Shown: positions 1 through 7,758 of the stretch, piece by piece | Layout of the letters: each line of letters begins with the position of its first letter | Numbering within the stretch: the stretch's first letter is position 1 | From: Candidatus Eiseniibacteriota bacterium | GTDB taxonomy: Bacteria; Eisenbacteria; RBG-16-71-46 | Length of the DNA: 11,683 bases | NCBI GenBank assembly: GCA_041483195.1 | Contig: JBGPFC010000062.1 | Coordinates: forward strand, 1 to 11,683 | Direction of reading: 5' to 3' | The notes under the pieces: generated by a model | What the model was told of the DNA's origin: nothing | What the model saw: the letters and a program-made list of their open reading frames with translations, nothing else | Database searches by the model: none | Made by a program: the position numbers and the translations under genes

Positions 1-40
1 CCGGGAACCGCAGACACGGTGTCGTGGTAAAGTCGCGCAC
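1..40 (-). CDS. IS1380-family transposase, N-terminal 13 codons only (MRDFTTTPCLRFP...)
   Basis: GGAGG (52-48), 7-nt spacer, GTG at 40. The TTTPCxxFP motif resembles IS1380-family transposase N-termini as I recall them and is shared with the right-end copy. Confidence 0.65.
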   Translation of the reverse strand, partial: MRDFTTTPCLRFP

Positions 41-41
41 G

Positions 42-106
42 CGAAGACCTCCGTCCGTGGAAGAAAGGTGCCTGAACAACGCCTTCCTACCACACGGAGG
101 TCTTCG
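42..106 (-). promoter_or_regulatory. RBS-sequestering hairpin in the IS leader
   Basis: Perfect 13-bp inverted repeat CGAAGACCTCCGT (42-54) / ACGGAGGTCTTCG (94-106), with further inner pairing. It covers the transposase GGAGG. Confidence 0.75.
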
Positions 107-119
107 TGTTCACTGCTCT

Positions 120-1166
120 TCATGAATAGGTCGGGCTAGGCTCGAATGACCCGTCTCCCTTGCCCAGCAGCACAGATGCCGAATTGTCGCCGGCGTTCGC
201 GGTCGCCAAGTCCGGCTTCCCGTCCCCATTCACATCCCCAATCGCCATAAACCATGGAATGTACCCCACGGAGCAGTCGCTCCTGGGTACAAACGTCCCG
301 TGCCCGTTTCCCAACAACACCGAAACCGAGTGCCCTGCGGCATTCGCCACCGCAAGATCCAGGTTGTCATCCCCGTCCAGATCGCCGATTGCGACACTGG
401 TGGGATAGAACCCCGTCGCGTAGTCACTCGATAGTCCAAACGTCCCGTTGCCACTGCCCAGCAGCACCGAGACTGTATTGGAGCCGTAATTCGCAATCGC
501 CAGGTCCTGCTTCCCATCGTTGTCCAGATCCCCGATCGCTACCGAACGGGGAACCTCCCCCGTCGCGTACTCGTGCTCGGGCGCGAACGTGCCGTCTCCC
601 TTTCCCAGCAACACCGAAACCGTGTTGGAGTTCCAGTTCGCCACGGCCAGATCTGGCTTCCCGTCCCCGTCAAGATCTCCAATCGAAGCGGAATAAGGAC
701 TGCTCCCCGTCCTATAATCGGTCTTCGGCCCGAACGTCCCGTCCCCTTTCCCCAACAGCACTGAGGCCGTGCCGGAGTAGTAGTTGGCGACCACCAAATC
801 CAAGTGCTCATCGCTGTTCAGGTCACCGATAGCCACGGAGGTGGGAGCTTCCCCCGCCCCGTAATCGGTCTTGGGCGCGAATGTCCCATTCGCATTGCTA
901 AGCAATACCGACACACTCCCGATATAGGGTGGGGCGTAGGCGCCGTAGTTGGCGACGACGAGATCGAGCGTCCCATCGCCGTCGAGATCACCCATCGCCA
1001 CTGAGGACGGATTGTTCCCCGTGTCGAACGAGAGAAACGGTGCCGCGAAGAGCGGGGCCGGTATCGTCGCCGCGGGGCCGGATGTGCCTAGGATGAGAGT
1101 CACTGGGATCACGGCGAGGATGCCTGCGCGCAGCGCACCGGGCATCATCATCGGGCGAGTGTCCAT
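120..1166 (-). pseudogene. Secreted FG-GAP/VCBS-repeat (integrin-like beta-propeller) protein, C-terminally truncated by IS insertion
   Basis: Signal-peptide-like N-terminus and six ~49-aa repeats (SVAIGDLDGDGxxDLAVAN...VSVLLGxGDGTF). The last codons (PTYS*) and the stop come from the IS. The start could be any ATG from 1145 to 1166. Confidence 0.8.
140..1020 (-). repeat. Six degenerate ~147-nt tandem coding repeats (FG-GAP units)
   Basis: DxD/NxDxxxD Ca-binding-type motifs recur about every 49 aa. Confidence 0.8.
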
Positions 1167-1489
1167 GACGAAGTCCGTCGGAAGCCAGATGAAAATGGCC
1201 GCCCTCTATCCCGGGCAGGATCGCCCCTGTTTGCCGCGGGGAGTCTGAACCGATTATGGCACGACCGGCACCTAGGGGAAAGGCGCATCCGCCGGCCCAC
1301 ACGCCCGCCGCGATCTGCGTTCCTCTGACTGCTCGCTACCGGTGATTGCGAGCGGGGTTCGCGCTGGCGTGCCCAATGCGCGAGTGACTGCGAAGCGGCT
1401 GAGAATGAAGCGTCGAGTCGCAGAGACTGCGCTTTCCGCTTCGCCCCGGTGCGCGCAACCGAAACAGAGAGAGTGGCCGGGAATTCCGA

Positions 1490-1835
1490 AAGAGCCTGCC
1501 TTGGTTGGGTCGTGAAGCAGTTCCACGCGCGTCCACCTCAAGAACTCCAATCCCCCCGGCCTCGAACGCGCGACGGAAGCCGGGAGACTCGACGTTTCCC
1601 TGGATGAGGCGAACCATCACGCGATCCGTCAGCGGGCCGGGTGCCACAGGGTTGCATCGCGCGAGCATCGCGGCCAGCAAATCGTCGGCGACCGCGGTCA
1701 TGCAGGAGATCGAAGAACAGGACGGCACGGGCAAGCATGTCGCGTGGTCCCGACTGCCGAGGCGCTCGAGCGCCGATGGGGATCGGTCCACGAACGCGCC
1801 GTAAAGCTCGGTGATCCTGCGGCGGTTCTCCGCGC
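1490..1835 (-). pseudogene. Possible degraded gene relic of unknown family
   Basis: Protein-like segments with G/C-ending codons occur in different minus frames (ENRRRITELYGAFVDRSPSALERL; LARAVLFFDLLHD; DDLLAAMLAR...DRVMVRLIQGNVESPGFRRAFEAGG; EFLRWTRVELLHDP). There is no clean start and no recognisable family. Confidence 0.25.
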
Positions 1836-1864
1836 TTGACGGTGCGCACCTGCGACCCTACATT
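1836..1864 (+). promoter_or_regulatory. Sigma70-type promoter of the ars operon
   Basis: TTGACG (1836-1841), 17-nt spacer, TACATT (1859-1864). Confidence 0.8.
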
Positions 1865-1880
1865 TCGCCACATGACGAAA
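1863..1880 (+). promoter_or_regulatory. Putative ArsR operator
   Basis: Imperfect palindrome TTTCGcCA-CA-TGaCGAAA overlapping the -10 and predicted start site, the usual position for ArsR/SmtB operators. Confidence 0.7.
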
Positions 1881-1899
1881 CGATCCGTGTGCGTCCGCT

Positions 1900-2322
1900 A
1901 TGCGTGAGCTCGAGCTCGCCCTCAAGGCCGCAGGCGATCGCACACGCGCGCGCATCCTCAAGCTGCTCGAGGGCGGCGGGCTGTGCGTGTGCCAGGTGCA
2001 GGCGGTGCTGGGGCTCGCGCCGTCCACGGTGTCGAAGCACCTGAGCGTGCTCAAGCACGCGGGGCTCGTCGAGGACAGGCGCGACGGCAAGTGGATCGAG
2101 TACTCACTCGCGAGCGCCGAGCGCAACCCGCACGCGACCTCGGTGCTCGCCATGCTGCGCGGCCGGCTCGATCGCGATCCGCGGATCGTGGCGGATCGAA
2201 AGCGGCTGCGCGATGTGCGCAGGGTCCCGATGACTGAATTGTGCGCGTTCTATCCCGAGCGCCTGAGCGCGGATCGGCATTCCACGAGGCCGCGGGCGCG
2301 CCGGGTGCCTGCCCGTGTCTGA
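1900..2322 (+). CDS. arsR: ArsR/SmtB-family As(III)-responsive repressor
   Basis: Winged HTH (TRARILKLL...LCVCQV...STVSKHLSVLKHAGLV..RRDGKWIEYSL) with a CVC metalloid site. First gene of the ars cluster. Confidence 0.93.
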   Translation: MRELELALKAAGDRTRARILKLLEGGGLCVCQVQAVLGLAPSTVSKHLSVLKHAGLVEDRRDGKWIEYSLASAERNPHATSVLAMLRGRLDRDPRIVADRKRLRDVRRVPMTELCAFYPERLSADRHSTRPRARRVPARV

Positions 2323-2758
2323 GCCCCTCCCCGCGCTGCTCTTCGTCTGCGTCGAGAACTCCTGCCGCTCGCAGATGGCGGAAAGCTTCGCGCGAGCGTT
2401 CGGCGTAGGGCGCGTGTCGGTCTTCAGCGCGGGCTCGCGGCCATCGGGCGTCGTGAACGCGCGCGCGATCCGGTTCATGGCGGAGCGCGGCATCGATCTC
2501 GCGCCGCAGCGGTCGAAGGGGCTCGACGATCTGCCGCGCATGCGCTGGGATCACGTGGTGACCATGGGCTGCGGCGACGCGTGCCCGAACCTGCCCGCGC
2601 GCCATCGCGCCGACTGGGATCTGCCAGACCCAAAGCATCTCGACGACGAGGGCTTCCGCGCCGTGCGCGACCGGATCGAGCGCGAGGTCCGCGCCCTGAT
2701 CGAGCGCGCCGTGCACGAGGCGCAAACGCCCCCCGCGTCGCCCGCGCCGCATGACTAG
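2315..2758 (+). CDS. arsC: Arsenate reductase, LMW-PTPase fold (probably thioredoxin-coupled)
   Basis: CVENSCRSQMAE P-loop (CX5R), SAGS, TMGCGDACP resolving cysteines, WDLPDP. GTG start overlaps the arsR stop by 8 nt. Confidence 0.92.
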   Translation: MSEPLPALLFVCVENSCRSQMAESFARAFGVGRVSVFSAGSRPSGVVNARAIRFMAERGIDLAPQRSKGLDDLPRMRWDHVVTMGCGDACPNLPARHRADWDLPDPKHLDDEGFRAVRDRIEREVRALIERAVHEAQTPPASPAPHD

Positions 2759-3857
2759 TACCGCGCCCGTCGCGCCGCGCCTCAACCCGTTCGAGCGTTA
2801 CCTCACGCTGTGGGTGGCGCTCTGTATGGTGGTGGGTGTGCTGCTCGGCAAGCTCGCGCCGAACGCGGTCGCGGCCATCCGCGATCTCGAGTTCGGCGGC
2901 CACAGCCAGATCAACCTGCCGATCGCCGCGCTGATCTGGCTCATGATCTACCCGATGATGCTCAGGATCGATTTCGCGAGCATCGCGGGAGTGAGGCGGC
3001 GGCCGGGCGGCATCCTGGTGACGCTGTTCGTGAACTGGCTGGTGAAGCCGTTCTCGATGGCGTTCCTCGGCTGGCTGTTCTTCAAGCACCTGTTCCTGCC
3101 GCTGATCGGACCCGCGCTCGCCGATCAGTACGTGGCCGGCACCATCATCCTCGCGGCCGCGCCGTGCACCGCGATGGTGTTCGTGTGGTCGCAGCTCACG
3201 GGGGGCGACCCGGCCTACACGCTGGTGCAGGTCTCGCTCAACGATCTCATCATGCTGGTGCTGTTCGCGCCGATCGTCGGCCTGCTGGTGGCGGGCGCGA
3301 GCGGGCTGCACGTTCCGTTTCAGGTGCTGCTCTACAGCGTGGTGGCGTTCATCGTGATTCCGCTCGCGCTCGGGAGCGCGAGTCGCGTGGCGCTGATCCG
3401 CGCGCGTGGGCGCGAGTGGTTCGAGCGCTCCTACCTGCCGCGCTTTCAGCCGGTCACGATCGTCGCGCTGCTCGCGACGCTGGTGCTCATCTTCGCGTTC
3501 CAGGCCGACAACCTCACCGGCCGCTGGCTCCACGTGCTGCTGATCGCGGTGCCGATCCTGCTGCAGGTGTACTTCAACGCGGGGCTCGCCTACGGGCTGA
3601 TGAAGTGGTTCCGCATCCCGCACGACGTCGCGGCGCCGGGCGCGCTGATCGGGGCGAGCAACTTCTTCGAGCTGGCGGTGGCGGTGGCCATCACGCTGTT
3701 CGGCCCGGGCTCGGGCGCGGCGCTCGCGACCGTCGTGGGCGTGCTGGTCGAGGTGCCGGTCATGCTATCGGTGTGCGCGGCCTGCAATCGCACGCGGCAC
3801 TGGTTCCCGGCGCGCGTGGCGGATCGCGAGGCGCGGGGCGCGAACGCCGTGGCGTAG
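2751..3857 (+). CDS. acr3: ACR3-family arsenite efflux transporter
   Basis: FERYLTLWV, MIYPMM, NWLVKPFSM, APCTAMVFVWS, GASNFFELAVA and VGVLVEVPVML motifs. About 10 TM segments. Confidence 0.96.
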   Translation: MTSTAPVAPRLNPFERYLTLWVALCMVVGVLLGKLAPNAVAAIRDLEFGGHSQINLPIAALIWLMIYPMMLRIDFASIAGVRRRPGGILVTLFVNWLVKPFSMAFLGWLFFKHLFLPLIGPALADQYVAGTIILAAAPCTAMVFVWSQLTGGDPAYTLVQVSLNDLIMLVLFAPIVGLLVAGASGLHVPFQVLLYSVVAFIVIPLALGSASRVALIRARGREWFERSYLPRFQPVTIVALLATLVLIFAFQADNLTGRWLHVLLIAVPILLQVYFNAGLAYGLMKWFRIPHDVAAPGALIGASNFFELAVAVAITLFGPGSGAALATVVGVLVEVPVMLSVCAACNRTRHWFPARVADREARGANAVA

Positions 3858-3882
3858 CGCGAGCGAATCGCGTTACGCCACG
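3848..3882. terminator. Hairpin spanning the convergent acr3 and queG stop codons (possible bidirectional terminator)
   Basis: CGTGGCGTAGCGCGA-GCGAA-TCGCGTTACGCCACG: 15-bp stem with one G-T pair and a 5-nt loop. No U-tract. Confidence 0.55.
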
Positions 3883-5030
3883 CGCCCCATCGCCGCCCCC
3901 GCCTCCTCGCGCACCTCCGCCGCCGCATCGCCCGCCTCCGCCCGCCTCAGCGCACCGCGCACCTCCTCCACCGCGCAGTCCGCCCCTTCCGCCGCGATGC
4001 TGCGTGCGATCTCGCCCAGCGCCCACGCGGCGTGCGCCCGCACCAGCGGCTCGGGATCGGAGGCGAGCGCGCGCGCGAGCGCCGGCACCGCGCTCGCCTC
4101 CGCGCGGTTGCCGAGCGCCACGCACACGTTGCGCAGGAATCCGCTGCGCTGCGCGCGGCGGATCGGGCTCCCCGCGAACAGCGTCGCGAATCCTTCCTCA
4201 TCCAGCGTCAGAAACTTCTCGAGCGTCCAGCCCTCGAGCGATCGCGCATGCAGCCGCGCCTCGCGCGCGGGCGGGGCGAAGCGATTCCACGGGCACGCCT
4301 CCTGGCACAGGTCGCAGCCGAAGATCCAGTCGCCGATCCGCGGTCGCATTGCGCGCGGGATCGCGCCGCGCAGCTCGATCGTGAGGTAGGAGATGCAGAG
4401 CCGCGCATCGAGCTGGTAGGGGGCGACGATCGCATGGGTGGGGCACGCGTCGATGCAGCGCGTGCAGGTGCCGCAGTGCTCGCGCTCGAGCGGCGGATCA
4501 GGATCGAGCGCGCGATCGACCAGCACCTCGCCCAGCAGGAACCACGAGCCGAGCGTTTGCGAGAGCAGCCCGGCGTGCTTGCCGGTCCAGCCGAGCCCCG
4601 CGCGCTCGGCCCAGCCACGCTCGAGGATCGCGCCGGTGTCGGAGTACCAGAGAGCGCGCGAGCCGGGCAGCGCCTCCTCGCGGATGAAGCGCTGCAGCGC
4701 GCGCAGCTGGTCGCGCATGATGCGGTGGTAGTCCTCGCCGGCGGCGTAGCGCGCGATGCGGCCGAGGCGCGCATCGCGCGCGGCATCGCGATCCGGCTCG
4801 TGGCAGAGCGCCACGCACACCACCGCCCGCAGGTCGCGCAGGATCCGCGAGGGATCGGCTCGGCGCTCGCGGTGCTTGGGCGATGCGAGGTAGCGCATCC
4901 CGCCGTTGCGCCCGGCGGCGAGCCACGCCTCGAAGTGCTCGCGCGCTTCGAGCGGCGAGGCCGACGCGATTCCGACGGCTTCGAATCCCAGCTCGATGGC
5001 CCGCGCCTTGATGCGCTCCGACGGCGTCAT
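3873..5030 (-). CDS. queG: Epoxyqueuosine reductase with C-terminal HEAT-like repeat
   Basis: ARYAAGEDYH, YSDTGAILER, GSWFLLGE, CGTCTRCIDACPT, CISYLTIE and GCDLCQEACPWN motifs. The likely start is ATG 5030 (MTPSERIK). The longer track ORF overlaps the upstream gene. Confidence 0.95.
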   Translation of the reverse strand: MTPSERIKARAIELGFEAVGIASASPLEAREHFEAWLAAGRNGGMRYLASPKHRERRADPSRILRDLRAVVCVALCHEPDRDAARDARLGRIARYAAGEDYHRIMRDQLRALQRFIREEALPGSRALWYSDTGAILERGWAERAGLGWTGKHAGLLSQTLGSWFLLGEVLVDRALDPDPPLEREHCGTCTRCIDACPTHAIVAPYQLDARLCISYLTIELRGAIPRAMRPRIGDWIFGCDLCQEACPWNRFAPPAREARLHARSLEGWTLEKFLTLDEEGFATLFAGSPIRRAQRSGFLRNVCVALGNRAEASAVPALARALASDPEPLVRAHAAWALGEIARSIAAEGADCAVEEVRGALRRAEAGDAAAEVREEAGAAMGRVA

Positions 5031-5058
5031 GCGGCGCGCGCGCGGCTGCGCGGCTGCC

Positions 5059-6012
5059 TCAGTTCGCTGTGGAGTCGCGCGCGGTGGAATCGCGCGGCGC
5101 GCCGCGTCCGCGGCCGGGCGCGCGGCGCGTCGCGGACGGGGCGCGTCCGCCGGGCGCTCCACCCGGCCGCAGGATCGACACGCGTTGCGGGAGGCTTCCG
5201 CCCTCGGCCGAGATCGCACGCGCCTGATCGGCCGCGGCCTCGGCGGCGCGCCGGGTCGCATCGATCGGATCCTCGGAGCCCCCGGCGCGCGCCGCAGCGC
5301 CCGCGCCGCCACGCCGCAGCCCGCCCGCGGGCGCGACCTCCGCGAGCTTCACGCGCGGCAGCGGACCCGCCGCGCGCTCGACCAGGTCGATGCTCGGCCC
5401 GAGATTGATCGCGACGCCTCCGCGCGTGACCACGTTCCGCACCGGCTTCGCGTTCTCGAGCGACGGCTCGACCTGAACGCGCGGCACCTCGCGCGCGCGC
5501 AGATCGGTCGCGCCCATCGCGCTCATCGGCACGTAGGTGTATCCGCCGCCCGGCAGCAGGCCGGGATCGTATCCGCGCGGCGTGAGCGGCGCCCAGCCCA
5601 CGTAATCATCCGTCTGCTGCCACGCCACCCACGCGGGTCCCCAGTCGAGACCGGGCAGCCACACCCAGCCCTGGAAGCGGTCGTACATCCACTGTCCATA
5701 GTGATAGGTCGCCCAGCCGAACGGCTCCGATGAGATCCACACCCAGCCGTACACGTCGGTCGGCGCCCAGAACCCGTCGTCGTACGGGCGCCACGCGACG
5801 AAGTTCACGTCGGGGCGGAATACGTAGCCGTAAGGCTCGATCAGCGTCCAGTCGCCGTAGCCCTCGAGCGCGTCGTAGAACACGCGGTACTCGGGAGCGA
5901 GCCCGGCGCGGGCGACGGGCATCGTGGTCTTGACCGGCGTGAGCCCGGCGGCCGCGCACGAGAGCTGGGCGAGCGCGAAGGTGAGCAGAGCGAGGATGCG
6001 CAGACGCTTCAT
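5059..6012 (-). CDS. Putative lipoprotein with a DUF6600-like Trp/Tyr/Gly-rich domain and low-complexity tail
   Basis: MKRLR plus hydrophobic stretch plus LSC lipobox-like site. FYDALEGYGDW...WRPYDDGFW...YGWVWISSEPFGWATYHYGQW...GWVWLPG..WGPAWVAW pattern. Confidence 0.75.
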   Translation of the reverse strand: MKRLRILALLTFALAQLSCAAAGLTPVKTTMPVARAGLAPEYRVFYDALEGYGDWTLIEPYGYVFRPDVNFVAWRPYDDGFWAPTDVYGWVWISSEPFGWATYHYGQWMYDRFQGWVWLPGLDWGPAWVAWQQTDDYVGWAPLTPRGYDPGLLPGGGYTYVPMSAMGATDLRAREVPRVQVEPSLENAKPVRNVVTRGGVAINLGPSIDLVERAAGPLPRVKLAEVAPAGGLRRGGAGAAARAGGSEDPIDATRRAAEAAADQARAISAEGGSLPQRVSILRPGGAPGGRAPSATRRAPGRGRGAPRDSTARDSTAN

Positions 6013-6036
6013 GGCCTTGATACCCCGAGAGTGCGG

Positions 6037-7728
6037 TTAAAGATTCTTGTAGTCCGGCCCGCCGCCGCCTTCGGGCGTGACCCAGGTGATGATCTGGTAC
6101 GGGTCGGCGATGTCGCAGGTCTTGCAGTGGACGCAGTTCGAAGCGTTGATGTGGAGCTTGATCGCGCCCGGCTTCGCATCGTCTGGCACCATCTCGTAAA
6201 CGTTCGCCGGGCAGAAGTGCTGGCAGGGGTTGCCGAATTCCTCGCGGCACCGGGTCGCGCACACGCTGGTGTCGGCCACCACCAGGTGGACGGGCTGATC
6301 TTCGTCGTGCTTCGTGCCGGACAGGTACACGTCGGCGAGCTTGTCGAAGGTGAGCGCGCCATCGAACTTGAGCGGCGCGGGTTTGCCGTTGGGGTGCGAG
6401 TCGCGCAGCCGGCGCATGTGCTCGTGGCCCGGCCGGTTCACCACGCGGTCGCGCAGCATCCAGTCGCGCCCGCCGGTCACTAGCCCCACGCCCACGTTGA
6501 ACATGCCGGCGAACATGCCGTGCTCGAAGCCCTGGTGGAAATTGCGAACGCCCTTCAGCTCTTCGGCGGCCCACGAGTGTTCGACGCGCGTCTCGTAGCC
6601 GGCGAGCCGCTCCTTCGAGAAGTCGCCCGAGAGCAGGCACTCGAACAGCGTCTCGGCCGCGAGTATTCCCGACTTGATCGCGAGGTGAATGCCCTTGAGC
6701 CGCGCGCCGTTCAGGAACCCGCCGGTGTCGCCGCACAGCAGCAGGCCGTCGGCCGAGAGCTTCGGCATCGCCCACCATCCGCCCTCGGGGATCGCCTTCG
6801 CGCCGTACGCCACGGGCTTTCCGCCCGCGAGCAGCGCGCGCACCATCGGATGGGTCTTGAAGCGCTGGAGGTAGCCGTGCGGATCGTTCGCGGGGTCACG
6901 CGCGTCGAGCCCGGTGACGAAGCCGAGCGACCAGTGCGCATCGTCCATGCCGTACATGAAGCTCCCGCCGAACGTGTCGAATGGGAGCGGGAATCCCATG
7001 GTGTGCACGACGCGGCCCTTCTGCACGCGGCCGGGCGGCATCTCCCACAGCTCCTTCACGCCGGTCGAGTACACCTGCGGGTTCCTGCCGAGGGTGAGCC
7101 CCAGGGTCCGCTCGAGCGACTTGGCGACCGTGCCGCGCGGCCCCTCGCACAACACCGTGGCCTTCGCGCGGCACTCGGCGCCGGGCTGATAGTTGGGCTT
7201 GTGCTCGCCGCCCTTGTTCACGCCCTTGTCGCCGGTGCGAACGCCGAGCAGCTTGCCGCCCTCGACGATCGCGCTCGCGGCCGGGGTCTCGGTCACCACC
7301 ATCACGCCCTTCGCCTCGGCGATGCCGGCGAGCCACGCTACGAAGTTGCCGAGCGAGATCAGGTGGTTGCCGTGGTTCACGAACATCGGCGGCGTGATCG
7401 GGAGGCGGAACTGGCCCGTGTCCCACATGAAGAACACGTCGTCCTGCATCACGTCGCTCGCGATCGGGCAGCCGCGCTCGCGGTAGTCGGGCATCAGCTC
7501 GCGGATCGCGCGCGGGTCCATCACGGCGCCCGAGAGTCCGTGCGCGCCCACGGTGGCTGCCTTCTCGAGCACGGCGATCGCGATCTCGCCGAGCGCGGGC
7601 CCGGGGGCGCCCGCGGCCACCGCTGCGTTGTGCTTCTCGATCAGGCTCGAAAGATGGATCGCGCCCGCTAGGCCGGCCGGGCCCGCGCCCACGAACTGCA
7701 CGTCGAACTCGAGGACCTCGCGTTCCAT
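6037..7728 (-). CDS. Electron transfer flavoprotein:quinone oxidoreductase (ETF-QO, FixC/FixX-like)
   Basis: VGAGPAG FAD motif, LSGAVMDP, GVKELW, AKAIPEGG, KGIHLAIKSG, HDEDQPVHL, and CPANVY / NCVHCKTC 4Fe-4S motifs. AAGGA RBS. Confidence 0.95.
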   Translation of the reverse strand: MEREVLEFDVQFVGAGPAGLAGAIHLSSLIEKHNAAVAAGAPGPALGEIAIAVLEKAATVGAHGLSGAVMDPRAIRELMPDYRERGCPIASDVMQDDVFFMWDTGQFRLPITPPMFVNHGNHLISLGNFVAWLAGIAEAKGVMVVTETPAASAIVEGGKLLGVRTGDKGVNKGGEHKPNYQPGAECRAKATVLCEGPRGTVAKSLERTLGLTLGRNPQVYSTGVKELWEMPPGRVQKGRVVHTMGFPLPFDTFGGSFMYGMDDAHWSLGFVTGLDARDPANDPHGYLQRFKTHPMVRALLAGGKPVAYGAKAIPEGGWWAMPKLSADGLLLCGDTGGFLNGARLKGIHLAIKSGILAAETLFECLLSGDFSKERLAGYETRVEHSWAAEELKGVRNFHQGFEHGMFAGMFNVGVGLVTGGRDWMLRDRVVNRPGHEHMRRLRDSHPNGKPAPLKFDGALTFDKLADVYLSGTKHDEDQPVHLVVADTSVCATRCREEFGNPCQHFCPANVYEMVPDDAKPGAIKLHINASNCVHCKTCDIADPYQIITWVTPEGGGGPDYKNL

Positions 7729-7758
7729 GCGTTCCTTATGAGCCGGCGCGGCCCCGCG

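Larger units (their letters stand above)
1..135 (-). mobile_element. Left end (IRL plus leader) of an IS1380-family-like insertion sequence, cut by the window edge
   Basis: Minus strand begins CCCGACCTATTCATGAAG right after CTAG (136-139). It aligns without gaps to 11548-11682 (106/135 identical by hand count). GGAGG plus GTG lie 95 nt from the terminus and open a transposase-like N-terminus. Confidence 0.8.

Noticed and set aside
106..129. Inward 7-codon mini-ORF after a mirrored GGAGG (MFTALHE*; MFLTSCE* at 11577-11554)
   Set aside because: The SD and GTG are a by-product of the hairpin symmetry, and the peptide is poorly conserved between the copies.
1..135. Terminal repeats as CRISPR repeats, attC sites, tRNA or riboswitch
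   Set aside because: Only two copies, inverted and 11.4 kb apart, each leading into an RBS and transposase-like start. No array, cas gene, integrase or cloverleaf.
1209..1258. Weak stem-loop and CATAAT -10-like box upstream of the FG-GAP gene
   Set aside because: The stem is irregular and there is no convincing -35, so it is not distinguishable from chance.
5031..5312. N-terminal extension of the queG ORF in the track
   Set aside because: Arg/Pro/Ala-rich, overlaps the lipoprotein gene, and QueG similarity starts at MTPSERIK (5030).
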